Below, one piece after another: positions 42,147 through 53,056 of a stretch of DNA of 64,000 bases. The position numbers and the translations under genes are program-made. Position 1 is the stretch's first letter. Each line of letters begins with the position of its first letter. The DNA comes from Planctomycetota bacterium (GTDB taxonomy: Bacteria > Planctomycetota > Planctomycetia > JALXBF01): NCBI GenBank assembly GCA_026991575.1, contig JALXBF010000027.1, positions 1-64,000 on the forward strand, in the 5' to 3' direction. Below the pieces are notes generated by a model, which was not told the origin of the DNA, made no database searches, and worked only from the letters and a program-made list of their open reading frames with translations.

Positions 42147-44930
42147 ATGCAACCCACCGAGCACGGCTACTATGGGACGCCAGCATCCTGGTGGATCGGT
42201 CTGGCGCTGATGCTCCATCTGGCCACCGTTCCGGGCATCTCAGGTGAGGAGACCACTCACCCGCTGCTGCCCGGGCTCCGTAGCCACGCTGTGCTCGACC
42301 CGGCCTGGCCCGAAGTGTTCCACGATCCGCTGCGCACGGGCTTTTCTCCACTGCGCTGCCAGATGGTCCAGAAGCCACGGCGAATGGGCTCGTTCCAACT
42401 GCCCGGGAATGCAGCGTGGGTTTGGGTCGGAGAGTTTCCGCAAAGTACCCCCGTCATCCTAGTCCAGGACAGCAGGCTGCGGCGGATCACTCTCCGCGGC
42501 GAGGTTCTCTGGGATCTTCCCCATGCACGGGCCCTTTTCTGCGACCAGCTCTGGCCGTCAGCCCCGCCCACGGTCGGCGCTGTCCGCGGTTCAGAATTGC
42601 TGCTGATCGACTCGGCTAGCGGAGAAATCTACTGGCATCGCCGATTCCCGGGCTCACTCGGGCCAGCTCAGGTCCGCGTCGGCCGTTTCATCCCCGGCCA
42701 GCCGGGCAAGCAACTTGCCGTCTTCCCCATGCACGCCCACGTCGGGTTCCTCTTCGTCCACCGCGGACCGCAGGATGTCCACGAACTGTGGCAGACGTCT
42801 GAGGCAAAGGTGAACCGGTGGCCCGAACAGGCCGACCACGGCGTCAGCGTCCTTGCCTCACCGGATGGCCATTTTCTCTGCAATGTGCGGCATCACACAA
42901 TCAACATCTTCGATGCCGCCACGGGCAAGCTGCTGTCTCGGCAAGAGTTTTCGGTCGCAGGTGCTCGCCGGCGGAATTACGGACCCGTCGTCCTGGGCCG
43001 GGCCGACGGTGGTACCCACGCGGTAATCATCCTCGCCTCCCGCATCGAACTACACGTCAGCGTGCTTGGGCTGTCGAAGTCGTGGCAGATCCGCCCGCTG
43101 GCCCGGCGGTTCCTGAGCTATGTCTACGACGAGGAAACGTACGGGACAGCGTTGCACACAACACCGCGAGCACTTGGTGACCTGGACGGTGACGGATCCC
43201 CGGAAGCCCTCTACTCGGTGCGGTCCGTCTCACCACAGCCGCACAGCACCCTGTTCCTGGCTGACACGCGCTCAGTGGAATCAGCCCGCTTGGCTGAGCT
43301 CTGGCTCTGTGGACTTGCGGACCTGGACGGCGATGGCCAACGCGAGGTGCTGGCGTATGACGATCCCGACGGCATCATGCCCGAGGCCGGAACGCTTGCC
43401 GTGCTGAAGCTCGAGCGGAACGGCCGGTTGAACATCGTTGGCCGACAACCAGGCGTTCGGGTCGTGAAGCTCCCTGTTGCCCCGCTTGATCAGCCGGACG
43501 ACGTTGCCTGGTTGCACCTGTCGCTGCAGGCTCCAGCGCAGTCCACTCGCCCGCCGGGAATCTTCGTGCAGGAGACTCGCACGGGCAAGTTGAGGCTGCT
43601 TGGCCTGCGCGATGGGGAACTGCGAATGCTTCCAGCGCCAGTTCGCTGGACGCGAGAGAAACGTCTGCTGGCTATCTGGACTGACCGACGCGAGCGGAAC
43701 TACTACTTCGTGCAGCAACCGGACGGCACACTCGATATCGAATCCGAGCAGGGACAGGTCCGTGGGTCCGTGCGTTTGCGTGCACGGAAGCAGCCCCTTC
43801 TCAGCGCTGCCGACCTGGACGGTGACCAGGGTCATGAACTGATCGTGGCCGACCAGGAAGGGAGGGTACACGTGTATGACTGGGCGGGCAAAGGCCGATA
43901 CCGGCGGCTGTGGAGCGCACCGTTTGCAGCGTCGTCAGCACGACTCGGTCCGCAGGTGGTTGATCTGGACGGTGACGGGAGCCGTGAGGTGCTGACTTTC
44001 GACCGAAACGAGGAGGGGTTTCCGGTCGTCGTCGCACGTGCTGCTGACGGCACCGTGCGCTGGCGGCAAACGCTGCCTGCTGTGCCATCGGCCACGGTTA
44101 CCCGCTGGGTGGCCGCCCGGTTCTTCGGGCGCAAGCACCGAGGGGTGTTTGTTGCAGCGGAGCGGGACCACGCGTGGGAAGGCGCATTCCTGCTCGACGG
44201 TAGAGACGGTCACGTCGTTTGGCGCGGTCCTGCTTTCCGGACGCCCGAAGGCTACCGGCGGTGCCGGCCGCTGGGCATCCCAACAGCCTGGGACATCGAT
44301 GGCGATGGTGACGAGGAACTGATCCTCGACTACCTGGACTACGTGGCGGTGTTGGATGGGCGGACCGGGCGTGCCCTGGTCGGGCCGGTCAGTACGCCGG
44401 CGATTCCGGGCCGATGGAAGCTCGCGTACAACACGTTCGTTCCGGTGGTTCGAAGGGGGGAGCGGGAAGCATTTTTCCTGGTGGTCCTGGGCCACGGTGG
44501 AGTCGGGCTGCTGCGGCCCGGGTTTACGCGACCAGTTTGGCTGGACACGCCGTACTACGACACACCGTACAAGGTCGGGCTGGTGGATGTCGATGGCGAC
44601 GGTCGGCTGGAAGTCGGCTACGAAGAGGCGCGCAACGGCTGGTTCGTGTGTCGGGACGCGTGGAGCGGCCGGGTGCGGTGGCGACTGAAGCTGCCCGGGG
44701 CCGGGTATGGCGCTTGCATCACGGCGGACTTCGACGGCGATGGCCGAGGGGAGTTTTTCCTGGGTGACTGCTGTATCGACGTCGACCAACGGGGTAAGCC
44801 CCGGATCCTGTGGCGGACGGGTCGCCTGGCCTCAGCCATGCCCCTGGTCGCCGATGTCGACGGCGACGGTACGGGCGAGCTGATCCTGCCCCTGCCCGAC
44901 GGCACGGTTGAGGTACTGGGCACCGGATAG
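42147..44930 (+). CDS. Exported FG-GAP/VCBS-repeat beta-propeller protein
   Basis: Many DLDGDG-type Ca-binding repeats, PQQ-like G..xW motifs, signal peptide. Confidence 0.85.
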   Translation: MQPTEHGYYGTPASWWIGLALMLHLATVPGISGEETTHPLLPGLRSHAVLDPAWPEVFHDPLRTGFSPLRCQMVQKPRRMGSFQLPGNAAWVWVGEFPQSTPVILVQDSRLRRITLRGEVLWDLPHARALFCDQLWPSAPPTVGAVRGSELLLIDSASGEIYWHRRFPGSLGPAQVRVGRFIPGQPGKQLAVFPMHAHVGFLFVHRGPQDVHELWQTSEAKVNRWPEQADHGVSVLASPDGHFLCNVRHHTINIFDAATGKLLSRQEFSVAGARRRNYGPVVLGRADGGTHAVIILASRIELHVSVLGLSKSWQIRPLARRFLSYVYDEETYGTALHTTPRALGDLDGDGSPEALYSVRSVSPQPHSTLFLADTRSVESARLAELWLCGLADLDGDGQREVLAYDDPDGIMPEAGTLAVLKLERNGRLNIVGRQPGVRVVKLPVAPLDQPDDVAWLHLSLQAPAQSTRPPGIFVQETRTGKLRLLGLRDGELRMLPAPVRWTREKRLLAIWTDRRERNYYFVQQPDGTLDIESEQGQVRGSVRLRARKQPLLSAADLDGDQGHELIVADQEGRVHVYDWAGKGRYRRLWSAPFAASSARLGPQVVDLDGDGSREVLTFDRNEEGFPVVVARAADGTVRWRQTLPAVPSATVTRWVAARFFGRKHRGVFVAAERDHAWEGAFLLDGRDGHVVWRGPAFRTPEGYRRCRPLGIPTAWDIDGDGDEELILDYLDYVAVLDGRTGRALVGPVSTPAIPGRWKLAYNTFVPVVRRGEREAFFLVVLGHGGVGLLRPGFTRPVWLDTPYYDTPYKVGLVDVDGDGRLEVGYEEARNGWFVCRDAWSGRVRWRLKLPGAGYGACITADFDGDGRGEFFLGDCCIDVDQRGKPRILWRTGRLASAMPLVADVDGDGTGELILPLPDGTVEVLGTG

Positions 44931-45307
44931 GGCGTTCTGCTCCAGTGCTTCGTCCCGATCGGATCCTATCGACGCCGGAAACCAAGTGGCAATTGGTCCC
45001 TTGCGCCCAGTCTCTATGTCGCATCGACAAGGACTGACACGGTGAACCTCTGGTGCAGTCGGACGGCATGCTGACCGTCCGGATCACCCCCCAAAGCGAA
45101 CCAAACCAGCATTGTCGAGCTTCCGATAGCGTAGCACGTGCTGCGTGGCCGCTCCTGGTTAGTCCGGAAATGGGCGTGCGCGGAACAGTAGCCCGCTGCC
45201 CTGCTCGACGCCCTACCCGGTGATGTTGGCAGCCGAACGCCTAACTTCTTTCGCAACCACGTGGCCCGCCTGAGCGACTGTGCAGCTGTCCGCCAAGTCA
45301 CTCCCGC

Positions 45308-46885
45308 TCATGCGGAGTCGAACCTCAGGGCCTTTGTCACCGCCTCCCACACCTTAGACAGGGCACCTGATCTGTAGCGCACGTAGATCCGGCCATGGTC
45401 CGCCGGCTGGACGTCAAAGAGCGTTCTTTCCAATCCTGCGTGCGCGATAACGTTTCTCAAGTCTGGGCTTGACGTCGTGTTCGACCCCCCGTGCTCAAAG
45501 AGCCACTCGCCGGGCACCCACTGTCCCGCTTGCAGCTTCCGCTTCCTCGTGCGGTTCCTCAGGTCGCTCAGTTCCCTGCTGACCACGAGCCGAGGGTAAC
45601 GCGCGCGGAGTTCCTTGCAGAGCTCCTCAAACGCCGTCTTCAGCCCCTCGATCTCGGCGCCTTCGTTCTCTAGAGCCGCCGGATAGTCAACCTTCTCTGC
45701 TGCTTGCCCGATTCCTCGGTACAAGCTCAGGGAAAACAGTACCTGGCGGGCAGCCTGCCCAAACTCACGGAGACGCGCCACGTATTCCTCGTCCTTCGCA
45801 GCCTCGCCCGTGCGTTTGCACGCCTCTTTGCTCTCGGCACGCACCTTGTCGATGACTAGGTGCATAGCCCTGTCAACGCGCTGGATCGTTCCGTCCGGAT
45901 CCTTTGCAACGTCGTGGTAGGCCAGCGCCAGGGGCAATCCCAGATGCACACACGCCCACGCCCGCGCTCCTTCCAGGAGGAGCTCACGCAGTTTGCCACG
46001 CGTGCGCCGATCTTCCTCGTACAGCGTCTTCACTGCAGGTATGTGGCCCCCCCCGTGATAGTCCTTTGGCTGACATGGATACTCAAAGAACGCCTGCGGC
46101 GTCACATCGTAACGCTCGATCTGGTGAGGCCCATGACCACCAATGACGCTGGCACCAAGCATGTGGAACCTCAGGCTCTCGTCCTCACGCGGATCGCTCA
46201 ACTTCATGCACACCACGAAATCGGCAAAGGCCTGAGCCATCGTAGTCGTCTGAACGTTGAGCCCTGAGCTCACATCACAGTAGTACTCAACGGTGTCGCC
46301 CCTCCGGGTGCCGAGAGCCAGGTGAACAGCCAGCATCTCTACGAGTATGGCCGTACGTACGAATCCTAGAGGCGTTCGGCATACGAACACGCGCTCGGCC
46401 TCGTTCGGTCCCTCTTGGCTGTAGGGAAAAGCCCCGGAGGCAGGAATGACGGCAAAACGGCTGGTCCGAGGATGCCAGGCTGGCTGCTCCGTAACGTGCG
46501 GATGCACCCCAAACAGTTCCCCCGGATTCCCGAGATAGGCTTCCTTGTGGCACCAGGCGTTTCGTAGCTTCGCTGCCAGCGGGGCTATTCGGGGGTCCTT
46601 GTCCCACCACTTCAGCACGCGTGACAGCTGGCCATTGAAAGGCAAGCTGACCGGGAAGAAGAGGAATACACGCGCGTCGTAGCCCCTCCTACCCAGTGCT
46701 TGGGCAACGGCTAGCCCGGATAGCTCCGCCTCCTCCTCATGGTCCTCGTATGCGAACCGTGGAGGACTGCTACGCCCAGCGTCTAGCCGATGCGCCGCGC
46801 TGGTGCCCGGCGAGTAGCCGCTTGCGCGAGGATAGAATGCCGTTGTGTCTAGCCGACCAATTTGGAATATGACCGCTCGCTTCAT
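45308..46885 (-). CDS. csx1: Csx1-like (TM1812 family) CARF-HEPN ribonuclease
   Basis: N-terminal VIFQIGRLD and FFPVSLP, CARF-like DVSSGLN, C-terminal HEPN RNVIAHAGLE. Confidence 0.78.
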   Translation of the reverse strand: MKRAVIFQIGRLDTTAFYPRASGYSPGTSAAHRLDAGRSSPPRFAYEDHEEEAELSGLAVAQALGRRGYDARVFLFFPVSLPFNGQLSRVLKWWDKDPRIAPLAAKLRNAWCHKEAYLGNPGELFGVHPHVTEQPAWHPRTSRFAVIPASGAFPYSQEGPNEAERVFVCRTPLGFVRTAILVEMLAVHLALGTRRGDTVEYYCDVSSGLNVQTTTMAQAFADFVVCMKLSDPREDESLRFHMLGASVIGGHGPHQIERYDVTPQAFFEYPCQPKDYHGGGHIPAVKTLYEEDRRTRGKLRELLLEGARAWACVHLGLPLALAYHDVAKDPDGTIQRVDRAMHLVIDKVRAESKEACKRTGEAAKDEEYVARLREFGQAARQVLFSLSLYRGIGQAAEKVDYPAALENEGAEIEGLKTAFEELCKELRARYPRLVVSRELSDLRNRTRKRKLQAGQWVPGEWLFEHGGSNTTSSPDLRNVIAHAGLERTLFDVQPADHGRIYVRYRSGALSKVWEAVTKALRFDSA

Positions 46886-47865
46886 CCCTTCCGGCCGTGT
46901 CTCGAGGCCCGACAACTACGATTCCGGTAAACAACATCGAGAAACCTGAGCCTACCTCAATCCGCTATCAGCAGGGGAACAGACCAGCGAGCGAGTTTCA
47001 GCTCTAGCTCGGGCCGCCTGGCGCGACGGCGGCCGGAACCGCTCGGGCCGCACGAACTGATACCGGCGGCGGATACGCACGTACTCACACCGCTGACCTC
47101 CGTCCAACAATGGAAGCCCCGTCAGCTGGGATCAAGGCGCAGAGCAACTCCTTCAGCTCGGACACCCCAGCAGGATCGTAGGCCATTCTCTACCGTCCTC
47201 GTCCGGCTACACCGCGAGAAGGTTGAGCGCTTCTCGCTGGGACTTCTGAACGCAGCACTGCACCGAGTGCCAGCGCCAGGCAAGCGGTTGTCCCCGTTCC
47301 GTTGTCGATACTCTCCCTACCGATTGGCAAATGAGTTAGCACCGGCGCAGGAACACCCGGTCTTCACCGAAGGCCCGTTGGTACCCAACCCGTCCACCGA
47401 AGAGGCCTCGCGTAGCCTCACTTCGGCCCCCCAGGAGCCCGGGCGGATTCCGCCTTACCAATGCACACGGGCTGCGCTAGAGCAAGTAGGTCAATGCGAT
47501 ACTAGCCAGTGGCAGCCAGCGGTTCAACTGCACCGGCGTCGTGGGCCCCAGCGGGCCCTCGCCATTGGAATAGCCCAGAATACGTGGAGTCCTAATCGTG
47601 TTGATCGGTACTAGGGCAGCCCTCGGGTCGAATCCGGCTGCCCGCGGAGACGACCAGTGGCAGAGCCTGTGGATGACAGTCGCAGTGGACCGACGGCGTG
47701 CAGCTACGTTTCGCCGATTGCTGCGCTCGCCGACGGCATCGCTTGGTCGTTCGGCCCGCGTGCCAGGTGTGCACGACGCAGGCCGCCTCCGCTGCGCGCC
47801 AGCTTGGTCGGTCCACTGCGATCCGTGCCGGGCTCTTCACCCGGTGCGGGACAACAGGGCCCCCT

Positions 47866-50178
47866 TTACCAGCAGGCCTCCGGCGCAAAGACGGTCACCT
47901 GTTCGATGAAGTCCACAACGGTAGCCAGGATCTCGTTGATCCTCTCCTCCTGTACTCCGTCCAATAGCACCTTTTCGTCCCTTAGGAGCTTGTCCACCAC
48001 CCGGAAGAGGTCTATTACCTCGCGCACGGACGCATGGACGTCGTGCGAGCCCACGCACTTGATCAGCCACTCGCGGACCTCTGTCAGCCAAGCGTGCAGG
48101 TCCCAGGCCTTCTCCGCCAGGTAGAAGCGCGCCAACAGGTCCGCGGCCTTCCGATGCACCGTCTCCTCGCGGCGACGCGAGCTGGGTTCGGTCGGAGCGG
48201 CGAAGTGCTGGCATACTCCGTCCGCTACGAACGACAACGTCGCCACACCGACACGGGCGCAATACAGCACTGCGGCGTCTCGCTGCGCAGGCTCTGGCAT
48301 TCGCCAGCCAAAAGGTACGGGCACAGGCTGGACGACGCGCCGGATTCCGTTGTCCGTCTCCATCTTCGTGTCGCGATCCACGGCAACCCAGGCGGTGAAA
48401 CGCGACAGGACGTTGTATCGCAGCGATAGTTCGGTGATCCGCTTCTCCAACCTCGGCTCACCATTCAAGCGATAGCACCGGTCCAGTTCTTCGATCATGG
48501 CACGTGCCCATGCGGCTGGGATCGCGTTGCCCTGGACAACGGTTGGCGTCAGGGGGATGCTCTGGGACTTGTCGTTATGGTGCAGGAGCAGCTCGAACGA
48601 AGCGTTCTGCACGTTGCCCCGGTACCTCCCCAAGACAAGCACTGGAAGACCGGGCGTAAGGGTATGAATGGACCGCGGCACCGTCTGGTTCAGCAGCAAT
48701 CGCACGCCCGTCGCACGGATGCTTGCCCCATTGGCTATTGAACCGGCAAGCCGCTGCACCGCCGTGGCCAGGGCAGCCTTGATGCGGGACGGAGCCTCAA
48801 CCACCTCGTACCAACCGTCGCAGCTGCGGGCAAGCTGGCGCATCAACGCCGTGTTCGGGGCCGTGTCAACGCCGAGCACGCACAGCCTGGCGTTTGCGGC
48901 TCTGGCCCTGCGTAGCACCATGTATTCCGAGCCGACCTGCGCGTCGGTAATGAGCAGGATCACCCGCTGCGCATCGGGCCGGGCCGAGCGCATCAAGCCT
49001 TGCGCTGCATGCAGCGCCGCTTCCAGCTCCGTACCCCCGGCGGCCCCTAGGGTTCGAACCCACTGGATGGCATAGTTCTGTAGGTTCGGGTGCAGGCTCA
49101 GCCAGGGGCAGGCGGGGTTGTAGAGCATTGGGTATGACGAGAAAGCCACCAGGGCAACGCGATCGGATGGGCGCAGTCTCGAGAGGACGCCGATGGTGAG
49201 CTGTTTGGCGGCGTCCAGTTTCCACCCGTCCATGCTGCCGGAGCAATCGACCAGAACAACCACGTCGCGCGGGGGAGTCTGGTCGGGACGCGGTGCGGGG
49301 GGATGGACCACGACCATGTACGTTCCCTCGTCCTTGTCAGGGTCGGGTGTCACCCACACGTGCTGGCGCAGCTCGTTGGCAGGGAGCTTGTATCGGATCA
49401 CGAGGTCCCTGTCCGGCACGGCGTCCGGGTTCGTAACCACGTCGAAGCCCGCGTCCGTATTCGTCACGACGCACGGAATCAAAGGGGTCGTATCCTGGAC
49501 GGGTGAAATGCCTCCCGTGTCGATGTGGACACGGAAACGGAACTGAAGTTGTCCCACCTGGCTGCCGACCAGGCGAGGTGGCGTGATGCGTGAGCCGTCC
49601 GGGACACGGTCCGTGTCGGGTCCGACACCGGCACCAACACAGCCGGGAAGGACATGTCCGCCGATGTAGCGTGGGGCAACAACCAGTGGGAACCGGAACA
49701 CGATCTCGTCCTGTTCGTTGACCTCCAGCGGCCAGAACAGCTCGAGCTCGACCTCGACCGATTCCATCGGCGGGACGTTGCCGACTCGAATGGTGAACAC
49801 GTTGGGCCGTTCTTCCTCGGTGACGGCCGCCAGGTGACCGGCTGCGACGGCTTCTTCATACCGGCGGCAAGCCGCTTCCCGCTCGTCGATCTTTCCTTCA
49901 GTGATCCGCTCGCCGCACTGGATACGGAACGACTGCACCGCGGCTTCGGGTGGCAGCGGGAAGATGTAGGTAGCTTCAAGGGGTTCCGTAAGCGGGTTGG
50001 AAAACACCTGCCGCACGACTGCCTGGGCCAGGATCCCGGACACCTGACTCTCGATCGACAGTTCGCGCAGGGGCAGGACGCCCCGGCCGGTAATCATGTG
50101 CATCAATGTGCTCATATCCCCTCCGTTCGCTGACACGGCCTGCACGTCGCCGGTTTCGGGGTATTGCGTCTTGCTCAT
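47866..50178 (-). CDS. VIT + VWA domain protein
   Basis: VIT (FSNPLTEPLEATYIFPLP), MIDAS DCSGSM, GGTEL, LITDAQV. Confidence 0.92.
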   Translation of the reverse strand: MSKTQYPETGDVQAVSANGGDMSTLMHMITGRGVLPLRELSIESQVSGILAQAVVRQVFSNPLTEPLEATYIFPLPPEAAVQSFRIQCGERITEGKIDEREAACRRYEEAVAAGHLAAVTEEERPNVFTIRVGNVPPMESVEVELELFWPLEVNEQDEIVFRFPLVVAPRYIGGHVLPGCVGAGVGPDTDRVPDGSRITPPRLVGSQVGQLQFRFRVHIDTGGISPVQDTTPLIPCVVTNTDAGFDVVTNPDAVPDRDLVIRYKLPANELRQHVWVTPDPDKDEGTYMVVVHPPAPRPDQTPPRDVVVLVDCSGSMDGWKLDAAKQLTIGVLSRLRPSDRVALVAFSSYPMLYNPACPWLSLHPNLQNYAIQWVRTLGAAGGTELEAALHAAQGLMRSARPDAQRVILLITDAQVGSEYMVLRRARAANARLCVLGVDTAPNTALMRQLARSCDGWYEVVEAPSRIKAALATAVQRLAGSIANGASIRATGVRLLLNQTVPRSIHTLTPGLPVLVLGRYRGNVQNASFELLLHHNDKSQSIPLTPTVVQGNAIPAAWARAMIEELDRCYRLNGEPRLEKRITELSLRYNVLSRFTAWVAVDRDTKMETDNGIRRVVQPVPVPFGWRMPEPAQRDAAVLYCARVGVATLSFVADGVCQHFAAPTEPSSRRREETVHRKAADLLARFYLAEKAWDLHAWLTEVREWLIKCVGSHDVHASVREVIDLFRVVDKLLRDEKVLLDGVQEERINEILATVVDFIEQVTVFAPEACW

Positions 50179-50212
50179 CTCGTGTCTCCTCGCTTGCCTC
50201 GCTTCTACTTCG

Positions 50213-50271
50213 CTTACGGCCGGCGGCCGCGAAACCTGACACGGAGCAGCGCACTGTTACATCAGCGTCAT
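50213..50271 (-). promoter_or_regulatory. ECF-like promoter motif plus degenerate operator upstream of VIT-VWA
   Basis: TGTCAG-N17-CGTAAG (50241->50213); ATGACGCTGATGTAACAGTG resembles the dyad at 51012-51031. Confidence 0.5.
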
Positions 50272-50276
50272 AACTG

Positions 50277-50960
50277 TCACGTGCCTCGGCCTTCGTCATC
50301 GCAGCCATGGCCCCAGTCTCCGGTCTGATCTCGTCGCAGATCAGCGGCAGGGCCAGCACGCCCGCAGATGCCGAGTTCTCGGAGCAGCGTGGCCAGCGGC
50401 TGAGCTGCCCGTGCGACGACGCGCACGATGCTTGGATTGAGCGGTCTTGGGGTACGCACCAGGAGCATCAGATCGGGGGCCACGTCGATGGCCTGCCAGA
50501 CCTGGGGGACTGGTGGGCGGCTCGGACGCGGAACGGCCGGTTCAGAGTCGCGTGGGACGCGCCACCATGCTGTCCTCCGGGCCGATTCGCCGACTGCTTC
50601 AAGCTTCAGCCGTGGTTCACGCCGGAGCAGCGCCTCCGGGTCCACGCCGGCCAGCTGAGCCAGTTCCGCGTCGGTGCGGCCGTAGAGCGTTTGCTGGATC
50701 TCCGCCAGGGAGAGGCCTTCGTCCTGGAGTCGCCTGATGGCAAGGAGTTGGAGCAGGTGCCGCAGGCCGTAGTAGCCGGTGCGGCGCCGCAGCACGGGCC
50801 GATCCAGCAGGCCCAGCGTCGTGTAGAACCGCGCGGTTCGCAGCGTGAACCGCGACCGCCTGCTGCCTTTGGCGTCGGCTCGTTCGCCGACAAGTTCCCG
50901 CGCCAATCGAACCAACTCCGTCAAGGTCAGCCCGGTCGGTTTCTGATTTGCCCCGTTCAT
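50277..50960 (-). CDS. MerR-family HTH transcriptional regulator
   Basis: RTARFYTTLGLLDRP...YGLRHLLQLLAIRRLQDEGLSLAEI; GGAGG RBS. Confidence 0.85.
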   Translation of the reverse strand: MNGANQKPTGLTLTELVRLARELVGERADAKGSRRSRFTLRTARFYTTLGLLDRPVLRRRTGYYGLRHLLQLLAIRRLQDEGLSLAEIQQTLYGRTDAELAQLAGVDPEALLRREPRLKLEAVGESARRTAWWRVPRDSEPAVPRPSRPPVPQVWQAIDVAPDLMLLVRTPRPLNPSIVRVVARAAQPLATLLRELGICGRAGPAADLRRDQTGDWGHGCDDEGRGT

Positions 50961-51003
50961 GTTCAGCCTCCAGCGGGAGGGTGATGGAGCGTGACGACAA
51001 CAG

Positions 51004-51031
51004 ATTTTATTCACTGTCACGACAGTGTCAA
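51004..51031 (-). promoter_or_regulatory. Sigma70 promoter with overlapping palindromic operator
   Basis: TTGACA-N16-TAAAAT on the minus strand; perfect dyad CACTGTC-N2-GACAGTG at 51012-51027. Confidence 0.7.
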
Positions 51032-51850
51032 GATGCGCCCGGTCTCGGCCATTGACACCGTCGATGGCTCGCACGTGCGGCGGCGGTTGGCGATGCATTG
51101 CTCGGCGGTGGACTCACCGCAGACACACAGAGGGCACAGAGAACTCAGAATGTCGGCGAGCGAAAAGGAAGCGAGGCGATGCTGCGGCGTGGCCGCGTTG
51201 GGCGTCGCCACCTGGCACCGACGAACGCAGACGCACCGGTAGGAGTTGGCAGTTGTTGGCAATGGCCTTCCCCGCGCACCGACTGTTAGCCCAGCACCGA
51301 AAAAAGAACGCAATTCGCCATCCGCATCCACTCAGTCCGTCCGGTCGGCAAGGCCGTTTTCGTGTAATAACGCCACGCGTTGTTGAGTGATCGTTTCATA
51401 GCGGAGGCGACTACCGATGAAGCGCGGCCCGACGGGGCGGTACGAGGTGACGTCGATTGGTGGCGAGACTATCCGAGCACTCGTGCTGGACGCTCTTCCC
51501 CCCAAGCCACCGTTGGAGATAACTCCGGCACGTCGCAAATTGCTCGAAGGGGCCACAGTAGCCATTGGGCGGCCGATGCTGACCCTCCCTCGCGATCGCC
51601 TCGATCGGGTCCAATTCCGTTCGGCAGGTCTTCCAGACCCGGCCGCGCCGGCCACGGTGCACGAGGCCAGTCGGAGACGATCAGAGGCCGTAGCGTGTTC
51701 GGACGCTTCCGATCCAAGAGCTGGAACGCGCCCGCGTGAGCTTGTCGGGCTGGCAATCCGTCCCGAACGTGGTTATCCTCAGAGCACGGGCTCGTGTGTT
51801 GGAGTGAGTTGAGGATGTGGCACGGACCTCTTGCCGAAAGGAGGCAACGC

Positions 51851-53056
51851 ATGAGCCAGCCGAAGGTGATTGACCATGACGTGCCGCGAGACCAGCTGTG
51901 TCATCGCTGCAGAAGGTTGCGGGAGTGGGAGAGGCTCGACGAGGAAGCACGGAAACTGCTGCAAGAGGGCCAGTACGAGCGGGCTGCAGCAATAGCTCAG
52001 AAAGCTCTGCAGGCCGCTGAGCAGGAACTGGGGGTGGACCATCCAGATCTGGCACTGATCCTGGCGAACCTGGCCGCCGCCTACCGGGACCAGGGGGACT
52101 ACACGAAGGCCGAGCTGCTGTACCAGCGGGCACTGGGAATCCTCGAAGCAGCCGACGTTGGTCTTCACCCGGATAGGGTTACTGTCCTGAACAACCTGGC
52201 CGTCCTCTACAAGAAGCAGGGCGAACGCGGCAGAGCCATGTCGCTCGTCCAGCGTGCGTTGGCCATTGCTACCAGAACCCATGATCGTCATGATCCGGAG
52301 GTGGCAGGCGTGCTGTCGAATCTGGCCACCCTGTATGCGCAGGAGGGCAGCTACGCCGACGCTGAGCAGGTCATGAAGCGCGTGTTAACCACTTGTCAGA
52401 AAGCATTCGGTTCGGAGAACATTAATGTGGCGAACAGCTTGACCTATTTGGGCCATTTCTGTCGCGAGCAGGGCAAGCATGCCAGAGCAGAGCGGTTTTT
52501 TCAGCGTGCGCTGTCGATCCTGGAAAAGATTCATGGCCCCGAACACCAGGCGGTGGCCACCACTCTGCATAATCTGGCCTTCTGCTGCTGTGCCCAGGGC
52601 AAGTACGCCAAAGCGGAGCGGCTCTATCGCCGCGCGTTAAGCATCCTGGAAAGCCGTCTTGGTCCCGAACATCCCGATCTACTGCCGACGCTGAACAATC
52701 TGGGCGGCCTCTGCCACGAACTGGGCAAGTTCACGGAGGCCGCGCGGCTTTGTCGGCGTGTGCTCGCAATCTGCGAAAAGACGTTTGGCCCAGAACACCC
52801 GGACGTGGCCATGAGCCTGCACAACCTGGGCGCGGTCTACCACGAGCTGGGCCAGTACGCGAAGGCTGAGCACTACTACACGCGGGCGCTGGCCCTTCGA
52901 GAAACATTGTTTGGCCCCGATCATCCTGCCCTGCTCACGACGCTTGAGCACCTGGCAGTATGCTATCGCGACACTAACCGGTTTCAGCAAGCAGAAGCGC
53001 TCGAGGCACGAGTAGCAAGAATTCGCGCAACCAGGCCGACCACTACGGCCCCATAG
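51851..53056 (+). CDS. Stand-alone TPR-repeat protein (kinesin light chain type)
   Basis: About eight GPEHPxVAxxLxNL repeats; AAAGGAGG RBS. Confidence 0.9.
   Translation: MSQPKVIDHDVPRDQLCHRCRRLREWERLDEEARKLLQEGQYERAAAIAQKALQAAEQELGVDHPDLALILANLAAAYRDQGDYTKAELLYQRALGILEAADVGLHPDRVTVLNNLAVLYKKQGERGRAMSLVQRALAIATRTHDRHDPEVAGVLSNLATLYAQEGSYADAEQVMKRVLTTCQKAFGSENINVANSLTYLGHFCREQGKHARAERFFQRALSILEKIHGPEHQAVATTLHNLAFCCCAQGKYAKAERLYRRALSILESRLGPEHPDLLPTLNNLGGLCHELGKFTEAARLCRRVLAICEKTFGPEHPDVAMSLHNLGAVYHELGQYAKAEHYYTRALALRETLFGPDHPALLTTLEHLAVCYRDTNRFQQAEALEARVARIRATRPTTTAP

Noticed and set aside
44931..47865. CRISPR array near the Csx1-like gene
   Set aside because: No regularly spaced direct repeats on either side.
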